60,102 nucleotides of DNA from assembly GCA_039935315.1 (NCBI GenBank), contig JBDTKM010000345.1, forward strand, positions 1-60,102, given 5' to 3'. Below the pieces are notes generated by a model. It worked only from the letters and a program-made list of their open reading frames with translations. It was not told the origin of the DNA and made no database searches. This DNA comes from Rhodanobacter sp. GTDB lineage: Bacteria > Pseudomonadota > Gammaproteobacteria > Xanthomonadales > Rhodanobacteraceae. Below, piece by piece: positions 8,407-17,990 of this stretch. Numbering within the stretch: position 1 is the stretch's first letter; every line of letters starts with the position of its first letter. The position numbers and the translations under genes were made by a program.

Positions 8407-11328
8407 TCAGAGCTTGAAGTTCACGTTGAAGTAGTACTGGCGGCCGTTGACATAGAAGGCTTCGGGCGCCTCGTTGAAGGCCAGCCCCGCCTGCGAACCC
8501 TTGATGTAGTAACGCAAGGTCGGGTTGTTGAGGTTCATCGCGTCAAACGAGAAGCTCACGTGATCGTTGAGCTTGTAGCCGGCCGAGAACGACAGATAGC
8601 CTTGCCCCGTCTGCCAGTACGGCAGCAGCGGCATGCCCGCACCCGAGTTCGCCATCATGCCGTCGTAGAACGCCGAGCGGTAGCTGTAGTTGATGCGCGC
8701 ATTCCAGTGGCTGTCTTCGTAGAAGGCCGACACGTTGGCCGTACTCCTGGAGGTGCCGAACAGGGGGCGACTGGGTGCCGCCACGTTGTTTGCCAGCGTG
8801 CCATCGAGGTTGTACAGGTAGGTGCCGCCCGACGAGTGACCGTTGCTGTAGGTGTAGTTGACGCTGGTGCCGAAGTGATCCCCGATGGGCTGGACGTAGT
8901 TCAGCTCGACGCCCTTGAGGGTACCGTTGACGTTGACCGGGATGCTGACCAGGTAGTTGCTGTAGATCGGCGCCTGCGAGGGATTGGTTCCCTTGTTGTA
9001 GGTCAGCAAGTTGTTGAGGTAGGTCCGGGTGACCGCGCCGTAATCGTAGTAGTCGTGCATGTCCATCGAGTACACGCTGGCCGAGAGCAGACCGCGCTTG
9101 GCGAAGTACCACTCCAGCGACGCATCGAAGTTGGTCGAGATGAGCGGCTTCAGATACGGGTTGGGGCCGCTGCCCGAACCCATCGCCGCCGCGGTCTGCG
9201 GGTCGTTCAGACTCAGAAAGCCGGCCGACTGACCGTAGTCCTGGCGGGTCAGCGTCTGTGAGGCGGCAAAGCGCGCCAGCACCGTCCCATCGGCGTTCAG
9301 ATTGACCCGGAGGTTGAAGCTCGGCAGCAGCTTGCCGTAGTGATGCTTGTAATGGTTGTAGTACCAGCCGGACGGATAGAAGGCCGAGTTGAGGTATGGA
9401 CCGGTATAGCTGGATTCCACGATCGAGGGGCTGGTGTAGCCGATGTTCTCGTCGGTGGAGACATAGCGCAGACCGAAGTTGCCGCCCCAGTTGCTGCCGG
9501 AGAAGTTCGCCTGCATATAGGCCGCGCCGTTGCTTTCCGTCATGGAGTACACGCCATTGGGATAGAAGCGCGAACTGGTGTTGCCGGTCACCGCGCGGTT
9601 GGCATACGCCTTGTTCAAGGCGCTCAGCTGAGCAGGCGTCCAGAACCAGATGTTCGACGGCATCTGGCCTACGCCAAGATCGCTGGCGAAGCTGCCCGGA
9701 TAGTTGCCGCCGGAGGCAGGATAGATGGTCGAATTCGCGCCGAACTGCACGGCAGACCCAAAGTTGGGGCCCTGCGCGATATCGGTCGGGCTGTCGTGCG
9801 TATGCCTGGCGTAACGCGCGCCAAACTGCAGCGAGGAAAGCGTGCCGGCGTCGTCGAAGTCGAATTCGCCGTCGGCCTGGAACCAGTGCTCCTTGTCGAC
9901 TACATGAATGTTCTGCTCACCGAAGATCCAGTCGAGACCGGCCGTCGTCGTATCGAATGCGCCGTTGGTTCCTCCCAGGGTCCAGTTGGCCGGCTTGCCC
10001 AGGCCATTCAAGGCGTAGCTGGCAGGTTCGCCAAATCCGGTATCCATCTCCATCACGTCCTGGGTCGGCGTGTTGCCGGTACCCTTGGTGGTACCCGCCT
10101 GGAACTTGAAGTTGAGATTGCTGGTGGCCTGCCAGTCCGCATCAAGTGTGAAGTACTGGCTGGACTCGCTCTCGCCCGGACGCGAGATCATGTCGTAGAT
10201 ACCCTGCGACACCCCGGGCTGCGCCGCGATCCCCGCACTGGTGAGGATGTTGCCCTGGATCGTGGAGCTGGTCAGCGTGTCACCCGGCAACCGATCCCGC
10301 GTGCGCAACATGTAGTTGCGGTTGTAGTCGGTGGCATCCATCTTCGAATAGAAGCCATCCAGGTTCAGCGTGAGGTTGTCGAGTGGCTTCCATTCCAGAT
10401 CGATCGAGCCGCCCTTGCGCTTGCGCTGCTGCGTGAACAGCGCGGCGCCGGGCAGGTTGGGATAGAACACGCCGGTGCTGGCGCTGCCGGGCGTAGCGGC
10501 GCCGAGGCCCAATTGGGTGGCGAGCGCCGAGCCGGTCGGGATATACGAATAGCCGAGCACCTCCTGGCCGTCGCGCTGCAGGCTGCGTTCCTCGTAGAAG
10601 GCCTGCGCCATCACGCCGAACGTGTTGTCGTTGTTCTTCCAGTTGACCAGGCCGTTGAATTGCGGCTTGGTGGTGCTGGGCAGCTCGGAGTAGACGCCGC
10701 CCACGCTGGCCTCGGCCGAAAACGGCTTGCCGAATTCCAGTGGCTTGCGCGTGATGATGTCGATCGAACCCGCGGCGCCGCCTTCGAGCAGCTTCGCTTC
10801 GGAGGTCTTGTGCACGACCACCTGGCTGACGATTTCGGAAGGCAGCATCGAGTAGCTCACGCTGCGCGTGCCGCCGCCACCGACCACGAACCAGTCGCCC
10901 GAAGCGAGAGCGTGGCCGTTGAGCGTGGTGAGCGTGAGCGACGGTGCGCTGCCGCGAATGCTGGCGCGATCGGCTTCGTCGAAGCCACCCTCCGCACCGG
11001 CGGCGTCGGCGATGTTCACACCCGGCAACTGGGCGATCGTGTCGGCGATGTTCTTGGCCGGCAGCTTGCCGATGTCCACCGCCGAGACCACCTCGACGTG
11101 CGACTCGGCGTCGCGCTTGGTATCCAGCGACATCGCCTCGCTCTCGCGAATGCCGGTGACGACCACCGTGTTGAGTGTCTTGGCCTGCTTGATTTCCTGG
11201 GCCTTCCTGGCCGCAGCCTGCTGGGCCTGGCTGGTGTCGCCCTGACTGCTGTCCTGCGCGTAGATCGCACCGGACATGCACAGGCTGGTGATGATGCTGG
11301 CGGCGAGCAATGTCTTGCGGTAATTCAT
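8407..11328 (-). CDS. TonB-dependent receptor, probably for GlcNAc-containing oligosaccharides
   Basis: Signal peptide, TonB box VVVTGIR, plug DIGKLPAKNIADTIAQLPGV, C-terminal GRQYYFNVNFKL; sits in the nag-like locus; RBS GGAGG. Confidence 0.92.
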   Translation of the reverse strand: MNYRKTLLAASIITSLCMSGAIYAQDSSQGDTSQAQQAAARKAQEIKQAKTLNTVVVTGIRESEAMSLDTKRDAESHVEVVSAVDIGKLPAKNIADTIAQLPGVNIADAAGAEGGFDEADRASIRGSAPSLTLTTLNGHALASGDWFVVGGGGTRSVSYSMLPSEIVSQVVVHKTSEAKLLEGGAAGSIDIITRKPLEFGKPFSAEASVGGVYSELPSTTKPQFNGLVNWKNNDNTFGVMAQAFYEERSLQRDGQEVLGYSYIPTGSALATQLGLGAATPGSASTGVFYPNLPGAALFTQQRKRKGGSIDLEWKPLDNLTLNLDGFYSKMDATDYNRNYMLRTRDRLPGDTLTSSTIQGNILTSAGIAAQPGVSQGIYDMISRPGESESSQYFTLDADWQATSNLNFKFQAGTTKGTGNTPTQDVMEMDTGFGEPASYALNGLGKPANWTLGGTNGAFDTTTAGLDWIFGEQNIHVVDKEHWFQADGEFDFDDAGTLSSLQFGARYARHTHDSPTDIAQGPNFGSAVQFGANSTIYPASGGNYPGSFASDLGVGQMPSNIWFWTPAQLSALNKAYANRAVTGNTSSRFYPNGVYSMTESNGAAYMQANFSGSNWGGNFGLRYVSTDENIGYTSPSIVESSYTGPYLNSAFYPSGWYYNHYKHHYGKLLPSFNLRVNLNADGTVLARFAASQTLTRQDYGQSAGFLSLNDPQTAAAMGSGSGPNPYLKPLISTNFDASLEWYFAKRGLLSASVYSMDMHDYYDYGAVTRTYLNNLLTYNKGTNPSQAPIYSNYLVSIPVNVNGTLKGVELNYVQPIGDHFGTSVNYTYSNGHSSGGTYLYNLDGTLANNVAAPSRPLFGTSRSTANVSAFYEDSHWNARINYSYRSAFYDGMMANSGAGMPLLPYWQTGQGYLSFSAGYKLNDHVSFSFDAMNLNNPTLRYYIKGSQAGLAFNEAPEAFYVNGRQYYFNVNFKL

Positions 11329-11471
11329 GGTGTTCCTCCCCTCAGAGGTTGGCGCGAATCAGAGCCGTCGTGATGACGGTCCCGGACGGTGGGTGATGGC
11401 TGGTGATGATCGGTTGGTTGACGTCGGGCGGTGCGGGTGGCTTGGCGCCTTGGTGCTGGAGCGGGCTCATG

Positions 11472-12590
11472 TCATGTTCCTGGCCTCTCGTTGCGCTCCT
11501 CGTCCAGAAACCAGCCTGCGGCGCCAATCACACCAAGCTGGCCGTGCTCGATCAGTCGAACCGGAACCTGTTGCAGCCAGGCGCGCATCACGCCCTTGTT
11601 GAAGTAGCGCTCGGCGAACGTGCTCTCGAGCAGGAACGACTGGATTTGCGGCAGGATGCCGCCGGCCAGGTAGACGCCGCCGCTGGCGCCGTAGAGCAGC
11701 GCCAGATCGCCCACAAAACTGCCGAGCAGCCCACAGAACAGGTCCAGCGTCTCCACCGCGCTGGGGTCGTGACCCTCCATCGCGGCGGCCGTGACCTCGG
11801 CCGGAGTCAGCCAGCGCGGAGCCGCGCCACGCAACTCGCACAGCGCGCGATAGAGCTTGAGCAGCCCCGGCCCGGATAAGGCGTCCTCGACCGACACATG
11901 CGGCCGGTCGCGGCCGAGCAGACGCAGGACTTCGATCTCGCGCTCGTTGCCGGGCGCCAGCGAAATCTGCCCCGCCTCGGTGGCCAGCACCTGTGCTCGC
12001 GGATGGCCGGGCAGCAACACCGCCGACCCCAGCCCGGTGCCCGGGCCCATGACCAGCCTCGGCCCGCCCAATTTCGGCTGCGCGGCCTCAATGATCGAAC
12101 GGGTGGTGCCAGCGTCGATGAACTGGGCGGCATAAGCGACCGCCTCGAAGTCATTGATCACCGCCAGTCGCTCGATGCCCAGGCCCTCGCGGATGGCGCT
12201 GATGGATACCGGCCACGGCAGATTCCCGTTGACGATCTCGTCATTCAGCACATAGCCGGCACAGGCAACCGCGCAACCGCAGAGGCCGGCCGCCGCGGCC
12301 GCGTGCGGCGTGAGCGCCAGCTGTGCCACGAAATCCTGCAACATCGCGGTGAGGCTGTCCCAGTCGGCACAACCATAGCGGTGATAGTGCAACACGCTGA
12401 TCGGACGCTCGCCATCGGCACGCCCGCTGACCAACCCGATGCGCGCATGCGTGCCGCCGACATCGGCGGCGAGAAACGGCTGATCCGGACTGCGCACCAA
12501 CGCTGCAGACGTGCCCGTGGTCGACGCCACGCCGACATGCGCCGTTTTCGACGACGCCTGCTCATGACGCTGGTTGGCGACTCCCCCCAC
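11472..12590 (-). CDS. Glk-family sugar kinase, probably N-acetylglucosamine kinase (NagK-II type)
   Basis: AADVGGTHARIG, INDFEAVA, GPGTGLG, TEAGQ, SGPGL and GGVYLAGGI motifs. Exact start uncertain; substrate inferred from context. Confidence 0.85.
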   Translation of the reverse strand: MGGVANQRHEQASSKTAHVGVASTTGTSAALVRSPDQPFLAADVGGTHARIGLVSGRADGERPISVLHYHRYGCADWDSLTAMLQDFVAQLALTPHAAAAAGLCGCAVACAGYVLNDEIVNGNLPWPVSISAIREGLGIERLAVINDFEAVAYAAQFIDAGTTRSIIEAAQPKLGGPRLVMGPGTGLGSAVLLPGHPRAQVLATEAGQISLAPGNEREIEVLRLLGRDRPHVSVEDALSGPGLLKLYRALCELRGAAPRWLTPAEVTAAAMEGHDPSAVETLDLFCGLLGSFVGDLALLYGASGGVYLAGGILPQIQSFLLESTFAERYFNKGVMRAWLQQVPVRLIEHGQLGVIGAAGWFLDEERNERPGT

Positions 12591-12688
12591 GACGAGCTCT
12601 CCCGTGATTGAGATAGTCCCGACGCGCCTGGCAATGAGTTTCCACGGGTCGGGGCAGACCGCGATGCGAGCCGAGTCTGGGATTAAAA

Positions 12689-12702
12689 TGACAACGTTGT
12701 CA
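12689..12702. promoter_or_regulatory. NagR-type (LacI) operator, perfect palindrome TGACAACGTTGTCA
   Basis: Perfect 14-bp palindrome with a CG centre in the divergent kinase/MFS intergenic region; matches my recollection of the proteobacterial NagR box. Confidence 0.85.
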
Positions 12703-12929
12703 ATCGAGTTGAATGCAATTCCATGAAATTTCGATGTGGCAACGCAACATGGGTGCTGCGGTAATTCGAAAATTTGCGCAAATGAACGATATATTCGCTT
12801 CGTTTAAAGCCATGTGCCGTGAGCTTGCACAGCCAGCAGGCACTAATGCGCTGCGACAAAACCGGTGGCATCCGGCGTTGCAAGGAAGCGACTTTGCCAG
12901 CCAAAAGACCCCTGCAGCAGGGCATTAAT

Positions 12930-12943
12930 TGACAACGTTGCAC
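12930..12943. promoter_or_regulatory. Second, imperfect NagR-type operator (TGACAACGTTGCAC)
   Basis: First 11 bp identical to the 12689 site; overlaps a TTGACA hexamer upstream of the MFS gene. Confidence 0.7.
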
Positions 12944-13025
12944 TTTCTGCGGAATAAAGGGACATTCCTGTCTGCCCCGGCCACCGGCCGGAGCGGCGCA
13001 GCCCACCCCCGGAGAGTCCAACCCC

Positions 13026-14309
13026 ATGAGCAGCACCCTGGCGGCAACGCCGTCCCAGCGCAGCTATCTCGGACCGATGCTGATCATCGGCGTGCTGTTT
13101 TTCATCTTCGGCTTCGTCACCTGGCTCAACGGTCCGCTGATGATCTTCGTCAAGCTCGCGTTCGATCTTGACGATGTCAGCGCGTTCCTGATCCCGGTGG
13201 CGTTCTATCTGTCGTACTTCTGCCTGGCGCTGCCCTCGTCGGTGGTGCTGCGTCGTACCGGCATGAAGAAGGGCATGGCACTGGGCCTGTTCGTGATGGC
13301 GATCGGTGCGGCGGTGTTCGGCGAGTTCATCAACGTCCGCAGTTACCACGGTGCACTGGTGGGTCTGTTCGTGATCGGCGCCGGGTTGGCGCTGCTGCAG
13401 ACGGCGTCGAACCCCTACATCAGCATCCTGGGACCGATCGACAGCGCGGCGCAGCGGATTGCGTTCATGGGCATCTGCAACAAGGTGGCTGGTGCGCTGG
13501 CGCCGTTCGTGTTCGGCGCACTCGTGTTGAATGGTATCGACACGCTCGATCAGCAAGTGAAAGCGGCGCCCACCGCGGCAGCGCGCGACGCACTGCTCAA
13601 CGGCTTCGCCGCTCGCGTGTACTGGCCGTACATGGTGATGGCCGTGCTGCTGGTAGTGCTGGCGATCTGGGTGGTGCGCTCGTCGCTGCCGGAGGTCAAA
13701 CCGGCCGGCGCCAATGAAGAACCAGCGCTCAGCCACGCCGGCCGCACCATCTTCCACTTCCCGCACCTGTGGCTGGGCGTGCTGTGTCTGTTTCTGTATG
13801 TCGGCGTGGAGGTCATGGCGGGTGATGCCATCGGCATCTACGGCCAGGGCTTCGGCCTGCCGCTGGACGCCACCAAGCACTTCACCTCGTACACCATGGT
13901 CGGCATGCTGGCCGGCTACATCGTGGGCTTGCTGATCATTCCCCGCTTCATCTCGCAGCAACGCTATCTCGCGGTGTCTGCCGTACTCGGCATTGCGTTT
14001 GCCATCGGTGCTTACGCGACGCACGGCTACGCATCGGTGGCCTTTGTCGCGGCGTTGGGCTTCGCCAACGCGATGATGTGGCCGGCAATTTTCCCGCTGG
14101 CGATCAAGGGGCTGGGCCGCCACACCGAGGCCGCATCGGCGTTGCTGATCATGGGCATTGTCGGTGGCGCGCTGATTCCACAGGTGTTCGTCCATCTGAA
14201 GGAATACATCGATTTCCAGCTGGCTTTCCTGTGCGTGATGGTGCCGTGCTACCTGTACATCCTGTATTACGGCGCGGTCGGCTACCGGGTCGGCCAGGCA
14301 CGGAATTGA
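13026..14309 (+). CDS. nagP: GluP/FucP-family sugar MFS transporter, probable GlcNAc permease
   Basis: FFIFGFVTWLN, LQTASNPY, FLYVGVEV and WPAIFPLA motifs; about 12 TM helices; nag context. Confidence 0.8.
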   Translation: MSSTLAATPSQRSYLGPMLIIGVLFFIFGFVTWLNGPLMIFVKLAFDLDDVSAFLIPVAFYLSYFCLALPSSVVLRRTGMKKGMALGLFVMAIGAAVFGEFINVRSYHGALVGLFVIGAGLALLQTASNPYISILGPIDSAAQRIAFMGICNKVAGALAPFVFGALVLNGIDTLDQQVKAAPTAAARDALLNGFAARVYWPYMVMAVLLVVLAIWVVRSSLPEVKPAGANEEPALSHAGRTIFHFPHLWLGVLCLFLYVGVEVMAGDAIGIYGQGFGLPLDATKHFTSYTMVGMLAGYIVGLLIIPRFISQQRYLAVSAVLGIAFAIGAYATHGYASVAFVAALGFANAMMWPAIFPLAIKGLGRHTEAASALLIMGIVGGALIPQVFVHLKEYIDFQLAFLCVMVPCYLYILYYGAVGYRVGQARN

Positions 14310-14390
14310 TCGCGACGCATGCGTTAGGATGCGCACGCCGTCGCGCATTCCCGTACGACGGCAACATTCACGATGCATGAGGTTCGACGG

Positions 14391-15458
14391 GTGCGCAGTG
14401 CCACCATCAAGGATGTTGCGGAGCAAGCGGGCGTCTCGCTGAAAACCGTATCGAGGGTGATCAACAACGAGCCGTCGGTGCATCCGCGCACGCGGGAAAA
14501 GGTGCAGCGCGAGATCGACGCGCTCGGCTACCAGCCCGATCCGTCCGCGCGCAGCCTGCGCAGCAGCCGCGCCTACGCGATCGGCCTGGTCTACGACAAC
14601 CCCAACGCGCACTACATCATCAATCTGCAGCGCGGCGTACTGGCAGTGTGTCGCTCCAGCGGTTTCGGTCTGCAGATCCACCCCTGCGATGCGTCCTCAC
14701 CCCAGCTGGCCGAGGAGCTGTGCGCGCTGGTGCGTCGCTCACGCCTTGCCGGGCTGGTGCTGGCGCCACCGATGTCGGAGCAGGCTGCGCTGATCCGGGC
14801 GCTGAGCAAGGCGGACGTCCCCTTCATCCGGATCATCTCCGCGCGCAAGGACCCGCAAGACGGTTACCCGTGCATCTACGTGGACGATCGCGATGCTGCC
14901 TATGCGATCACCGAGCATCTGATTCAGCTCGGCCACCAGCGCATCGGTTTCCTGTGGGGTGGGCGCGAGCACCGCTCCAGCCCGGAACGTTATCAGGGCT
15001 ACGAGGATGCCTTGAAGGACTACGGCATCGCGCTCGACCGCAAGCTGATCCTGCACGGCGACTACACCTTCGACGACGGCTTCCGCGGCGCGCGCAAGCT
15101 GCTGGCGCTGAAGGATCCTCCCACCGCGATCTTCGGCTCCAACGACGAGATTGCCGCCGGCGTGCTGGCGGCGGCGCATTCAGACGGGATCGACGTGCCG
15201 TACGAATTGTCGATCGCCGGCTTCGAGGACAGCCCGTTTTCCAAGCAATCGTGGCCAGCGCTGACTACGGCACGCCAGGCTACCGAGGAGATTGCCGGGC
15301 ATGCCGCGCAACGCCTCATCGGCGACCTGCAACGCGCCGCCAACGGCGAACCGCCGCACGAGGGCAACGAGGGCTTCAGCCCTGAACTGGTGGTGCGCGG
15401 GTCCACTGCACCGCGGCAGACCCGGCAGACACGCAAGGCACGCAGCAAGCCGCTGTAG
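14391..15458 (+). CDS. nagR: LacI-family transcriptional regulator, NagR-like
   Basis: HTH ATIKDVAEQAGVSLKTVSRVIN, hinge YQPDPSARSL, periplasmic-binding-like core. GTG 14391 has a GAGG RBS (alternative ATG 14373). Confidence 0.85.
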   Translation: MRSATIKDVAEQAGVSLKTVSRVINNEPSVHPRTREKVQREIDALGYQPDPSARSLRSSRAYAIGLVYDNPNAHYIINLQRGVLAVCRSSGFGLQIHPCDASSPQLAEELCALVRRSRLAGLVLAPPMSEQAALIRALSKADVPFIRIISARKDPQDGYPCIYVDDRDAAYAITEHLIQLGHQRIGFLWGGREHRSSPERYQGYEDALKDYGIALDRKLILHGDYTFDDGFRGARKLLALKDPPTAIFGSNDEIAAGVLAAAHSDGIDVPYELSIAGFEDSPFSKQSWPALTTARQATEEIAGHAAQRLIGDLQRAANGEPPHEGNEGFSPELVVRGSTAPRQTRQTRKARSKPL

Positions 15459-15728
15459 CAGCCCGCTCGCCGGCGACATCCTTTGATCGCGGGTCGCGCG
15501 AGTCGCAAGAGCTGAGCGCAACGGCAAGCGCAAGCACAGCGCCCGCCAATGCGCCCCGACAGATAGCTTTTGACGATTCGCGCGTCAGCGTCTGCGCCGG
15601 TGGCCGGTCGCTGCTCGAAGGAGGCTCATGGAGCCGCCTTGGCAGGCGTGGGCGAACCCGGGCAAAAGCCGGTGACCCGCAGCTCTGATCGGCCAGAAGT
15701 CACTGGCGCCAGGCATCCGCGCAGCACG

Positions 15729-16586
15729 TCAGGGCCACGCGATGACTCCGATCGCCACCACCGCCAGCGCCACGCCGCCCAGGTTGAGCCGGCTCAGTCG
15801 CTCGCGGAACAGCACCAGCCCGACCACCGCGCCCAGCGCGACTACGCCGATATTCATGCTGGCAAAGACCAGCGCCGGGTGACTCGGCAGCGCGCGATGA
15901 GCACGCAGGTAAAACAGGATATTGCCGAAGTTGGCGGCGCCCAGCGCCACGCCGGCCAGCGCGCTGCGCGCGGTGATGTGAACGCGCTGGCGCAGGCGCC
16001 GCCACAGCTGTATGGCGAAGGCCACCAGCAGGGCCAGCGCAAACATCGCCTGCAGTGAATCACCCAATGGAATGCCGGCCAGCGCCACCCGCTTGAACAG
16101 GACGTCGATGACCCCGAAGCCGACGAACACCAGCAACGGATACAGCCATGCGGCGACGCCTGGCGCAGAGACTGCGCCGCCGCTGCGCCAGATCATGGCC
16201 AGCAAGGCAAGCAGACCGAACGCGACGCCGGTCAGCTTGACGGCATCCAGTTGCTCGCCGAACAACACGAAGGCGGCCAGCAGCGAGAGCAGCAGCGACA
16301 GGCGTTGCGCGGCATCGCTGCGCACGATGCCGGCATGGCGCACCGCCGCGGCGAGGACCAGGAAAATTGCCGGCAGCAGCAGGCCCAGGGCAACCAGGGC
16401 CAGCCACGGCACGCCGGGGCCGCGCAGTGTGCCCAAGCCTGGCCGCAGCAACCACGCGGTGAGTACGCTGGTCACCACGTAATTCCAGGCAATCGCCTGG
16501 CCGACGTCGATCTGCAGGCGTCGCGCCAACTTGAACAGCACCGACACCAGCACGCTGCACGCCACACTCAGCAACACGAAAATCAT
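15729..16586 (-). CDS. EamA/DMT-family transporter
   Basis: About 10 TM helices with two repeats ending LFGEQL and LFRERLS; start set at ATG 16586. Confidence 0.8.
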   Translation of the reverse strand: MIFVLLSVACSVLVSVLFKLARRLQIDVGQAIAWNYVVTSVLTAWLLRPGLGTLRGPGVPWLALVALGLLLPAIFLVLAAAVRHAGIVRSDAAQRLSLLLSLLAAFVLFGEQLDAVKLTGVAFGLLALLAMIWRSGGAVSAPGVAAWLYPLLVFVGFGVIDVLFKRVALAGIPLGDSLQAMFALALLVAFAIQLWRRLRQRVHITARSALAGVALGAANFGNILFYLRAHRALPSHPALVFASMNIGVVALGAVVGLVLFRERLSRLNLGGVALAVVAIGVIAWP

Positions 16587-16646
16587 CCGCCATCCCTGCT
16601 CCGCGAAGCCGGCATTGTGATGCAAGCCGCGCCGAGGGCAGTCGGC

Positions 16647-17423
16647 TCAGGGACGCAGGCTTTGCACCAGCATCAGGACCGCCACCGCGATGATCGCCAG
16701 CGCGAAGATCAGGTTCAGTGCGCCGCGCGTCTTCGCCAGCCGCTTCGCGCCCAGCGCGCCCAGCCAGCCACCGGCGATGCCGCCAGCGATGAACTCGGCC
16801 GCCACCGGCCAGTCGACCAGGCCGGACACTGCATAGTTGGTGGCTGCCGTCAGACCGAACGCCCCCACCGCGAACAACGAGGTGCCGATCGCGTAGATGA
16901 TCTCCATGCCGGTGGCATACATCAGTCCTGGCACGATCAGGAAACCGCCGCCGATACCGAAGAAGCCGGCCAGAGCCCCGGTGCCCAGGCCCACCACGCC
17001 CAGACGCGGAACCATGCCGGGCAAGGGATAGCGGTCCGTGCCGCTGCGCCGACCGCGCAGCATGAAGCCTGCCACCACCAGCATCAGCAGGGCGAACAGC
17101 ACCAGCAGATGCTGGCCGTCGATTGCCTTGCCGACGCTGGAGCCCACAAAAGCACCGAGCACGCCGACCGCGGCAAAGATGAACGCCACCTTCCAGCGCA
17201 CATGCCCGGCGCGCGCATGCGGAATCACGTTGGCGAACGCGTTGAACGATACCGCCAGCGCGCTGGTGCCGATCGCCAGATGCGGGTCGTGCACGCCGAT
17301 CACATAGAGCATCAGTGGCACGGCCAGAATCGAGCCGCCGCCGCCAATCAGGGCCAGCGAAAAACCCACGGCCGAGCCGCACACGACGGCCAGCAGGGCC
17401 TGCAAGGTCACTAGTTGAGTCAT
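16647..17423 (-). CDS. TauE/SafE-family sulfite/sulfur-compound exporter
   Basis: Repeated GGGGSILAVP and GIGGGFLIVP plus AIGTS motifs; start set at ATG 17423. Confidence 0.9.
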   Translation of the reverse strand: MTQLVTLQALLAVVCGSAVGFSLALIGGGGSILAVPLMLYVIGVHDPHLAIGTSALAVSFNAFANVIPHARAGHVRWKVAFIFAAVGVLGAFVGSSVGKAIDGQHLLVLFALLMLVVAGFMLRGRRSGTDRYPLPGMVPRLGVVGLGTGALAGFFGIGGGFLIVPGLMYATGMEIIYAIGTSLFAVGAFGLTAATNYAVSGLVDWPVAAEFIAGGIAGGWLGALGAKRLAKTRGALNLIFALAIIAVAVLMLVQSLRP

Positions 17424-17534
17424 GGAGGATCCCGGAGTGGAGCGGTGGCAATCGGTGACGCTATATTGCTGGGCTGGCGAGGGGGTCGGCACCTTCTCTG
17501 CACACGCGAGATCTGCGTTCGACTTGCTGACCTG

Positions 17535-17954
17535 TCAGGCGCGGCGGTTTCGCAGCAGCGACGGCCGCAACATCGCGAGGTCGTATCCGGCCGCACGTGT
17601 GGTCCCCAGAATATCGTCGACCGAACCCTCGGCCTGCAGCGCCCACAGCACGCTGCAGCGGGTGCCGCTGCGGCAGAACGCCAACACCGGGCCGGGCAAT
17701 TCCCTCATCGCGGCGGCAAAGCTGCGCACCTGCTCCTGGGTGAACTGGCCGGAGATCACCGGAATGTGCCGCCAGCCCAGGCCGGCCTGCTGCGCCGCCT
17801 GTTCCAGCTCGCTGTTGGCCGGCTGGCCTGGCTCTTCGTCGTCGGGGCGGTTGTTGACGACGCTGCGAAAGCCGCGAGCGGCCAGTGTCGCGACGTCGGC
17901 CGCATGAATCTGGGGAGCGACGCTCAATTGCTCGGTGAGTGGATGAATCTGCAC
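17535..17954 (-). CDS. DUF442/TIGR01244 sulfurtransferase (Blh N-terminal domain-like)
   Basis: SVAPQI, VNNRPDDEEPGQP and active loop FCRSGTRC. Confidence 0.9.
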   Translation of the reverse strand: MQIHPLTEQLSVAPQIHAADVATLAARGFRSVVNNRPDDEEPGQPANSELEQAAQQAGLGWRHIPVISGQFTQEQVRSFAAAMRELPGPVLAFCRSGTRCSVLWALQAEGSVDDILGTTRAAGYDLAMLRPSLLRNRRA

Positions 17955-17990
17955 GAGGGTTTTCCTCTTGATGGTGGGTGCCGCGGATCG

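Noticed and set aside
9340-11373. 677-aa plus-strand ORF, and similar long ORFs such as 12843-14681, 33601-35367, 38647-40182 and 55206-57419
   Set aside because: Antisense shadows of well-supported genes, expected from GC-rich codon bias.
15645-15700. Resemblance to a c-di-GMP-I (GEMM) riboswitch P2 stem
   Set aside because: Lacks the GNRA loop and GCAAAG elements, and has no downstream gene in that orientation. An Rfam scan would settle it.
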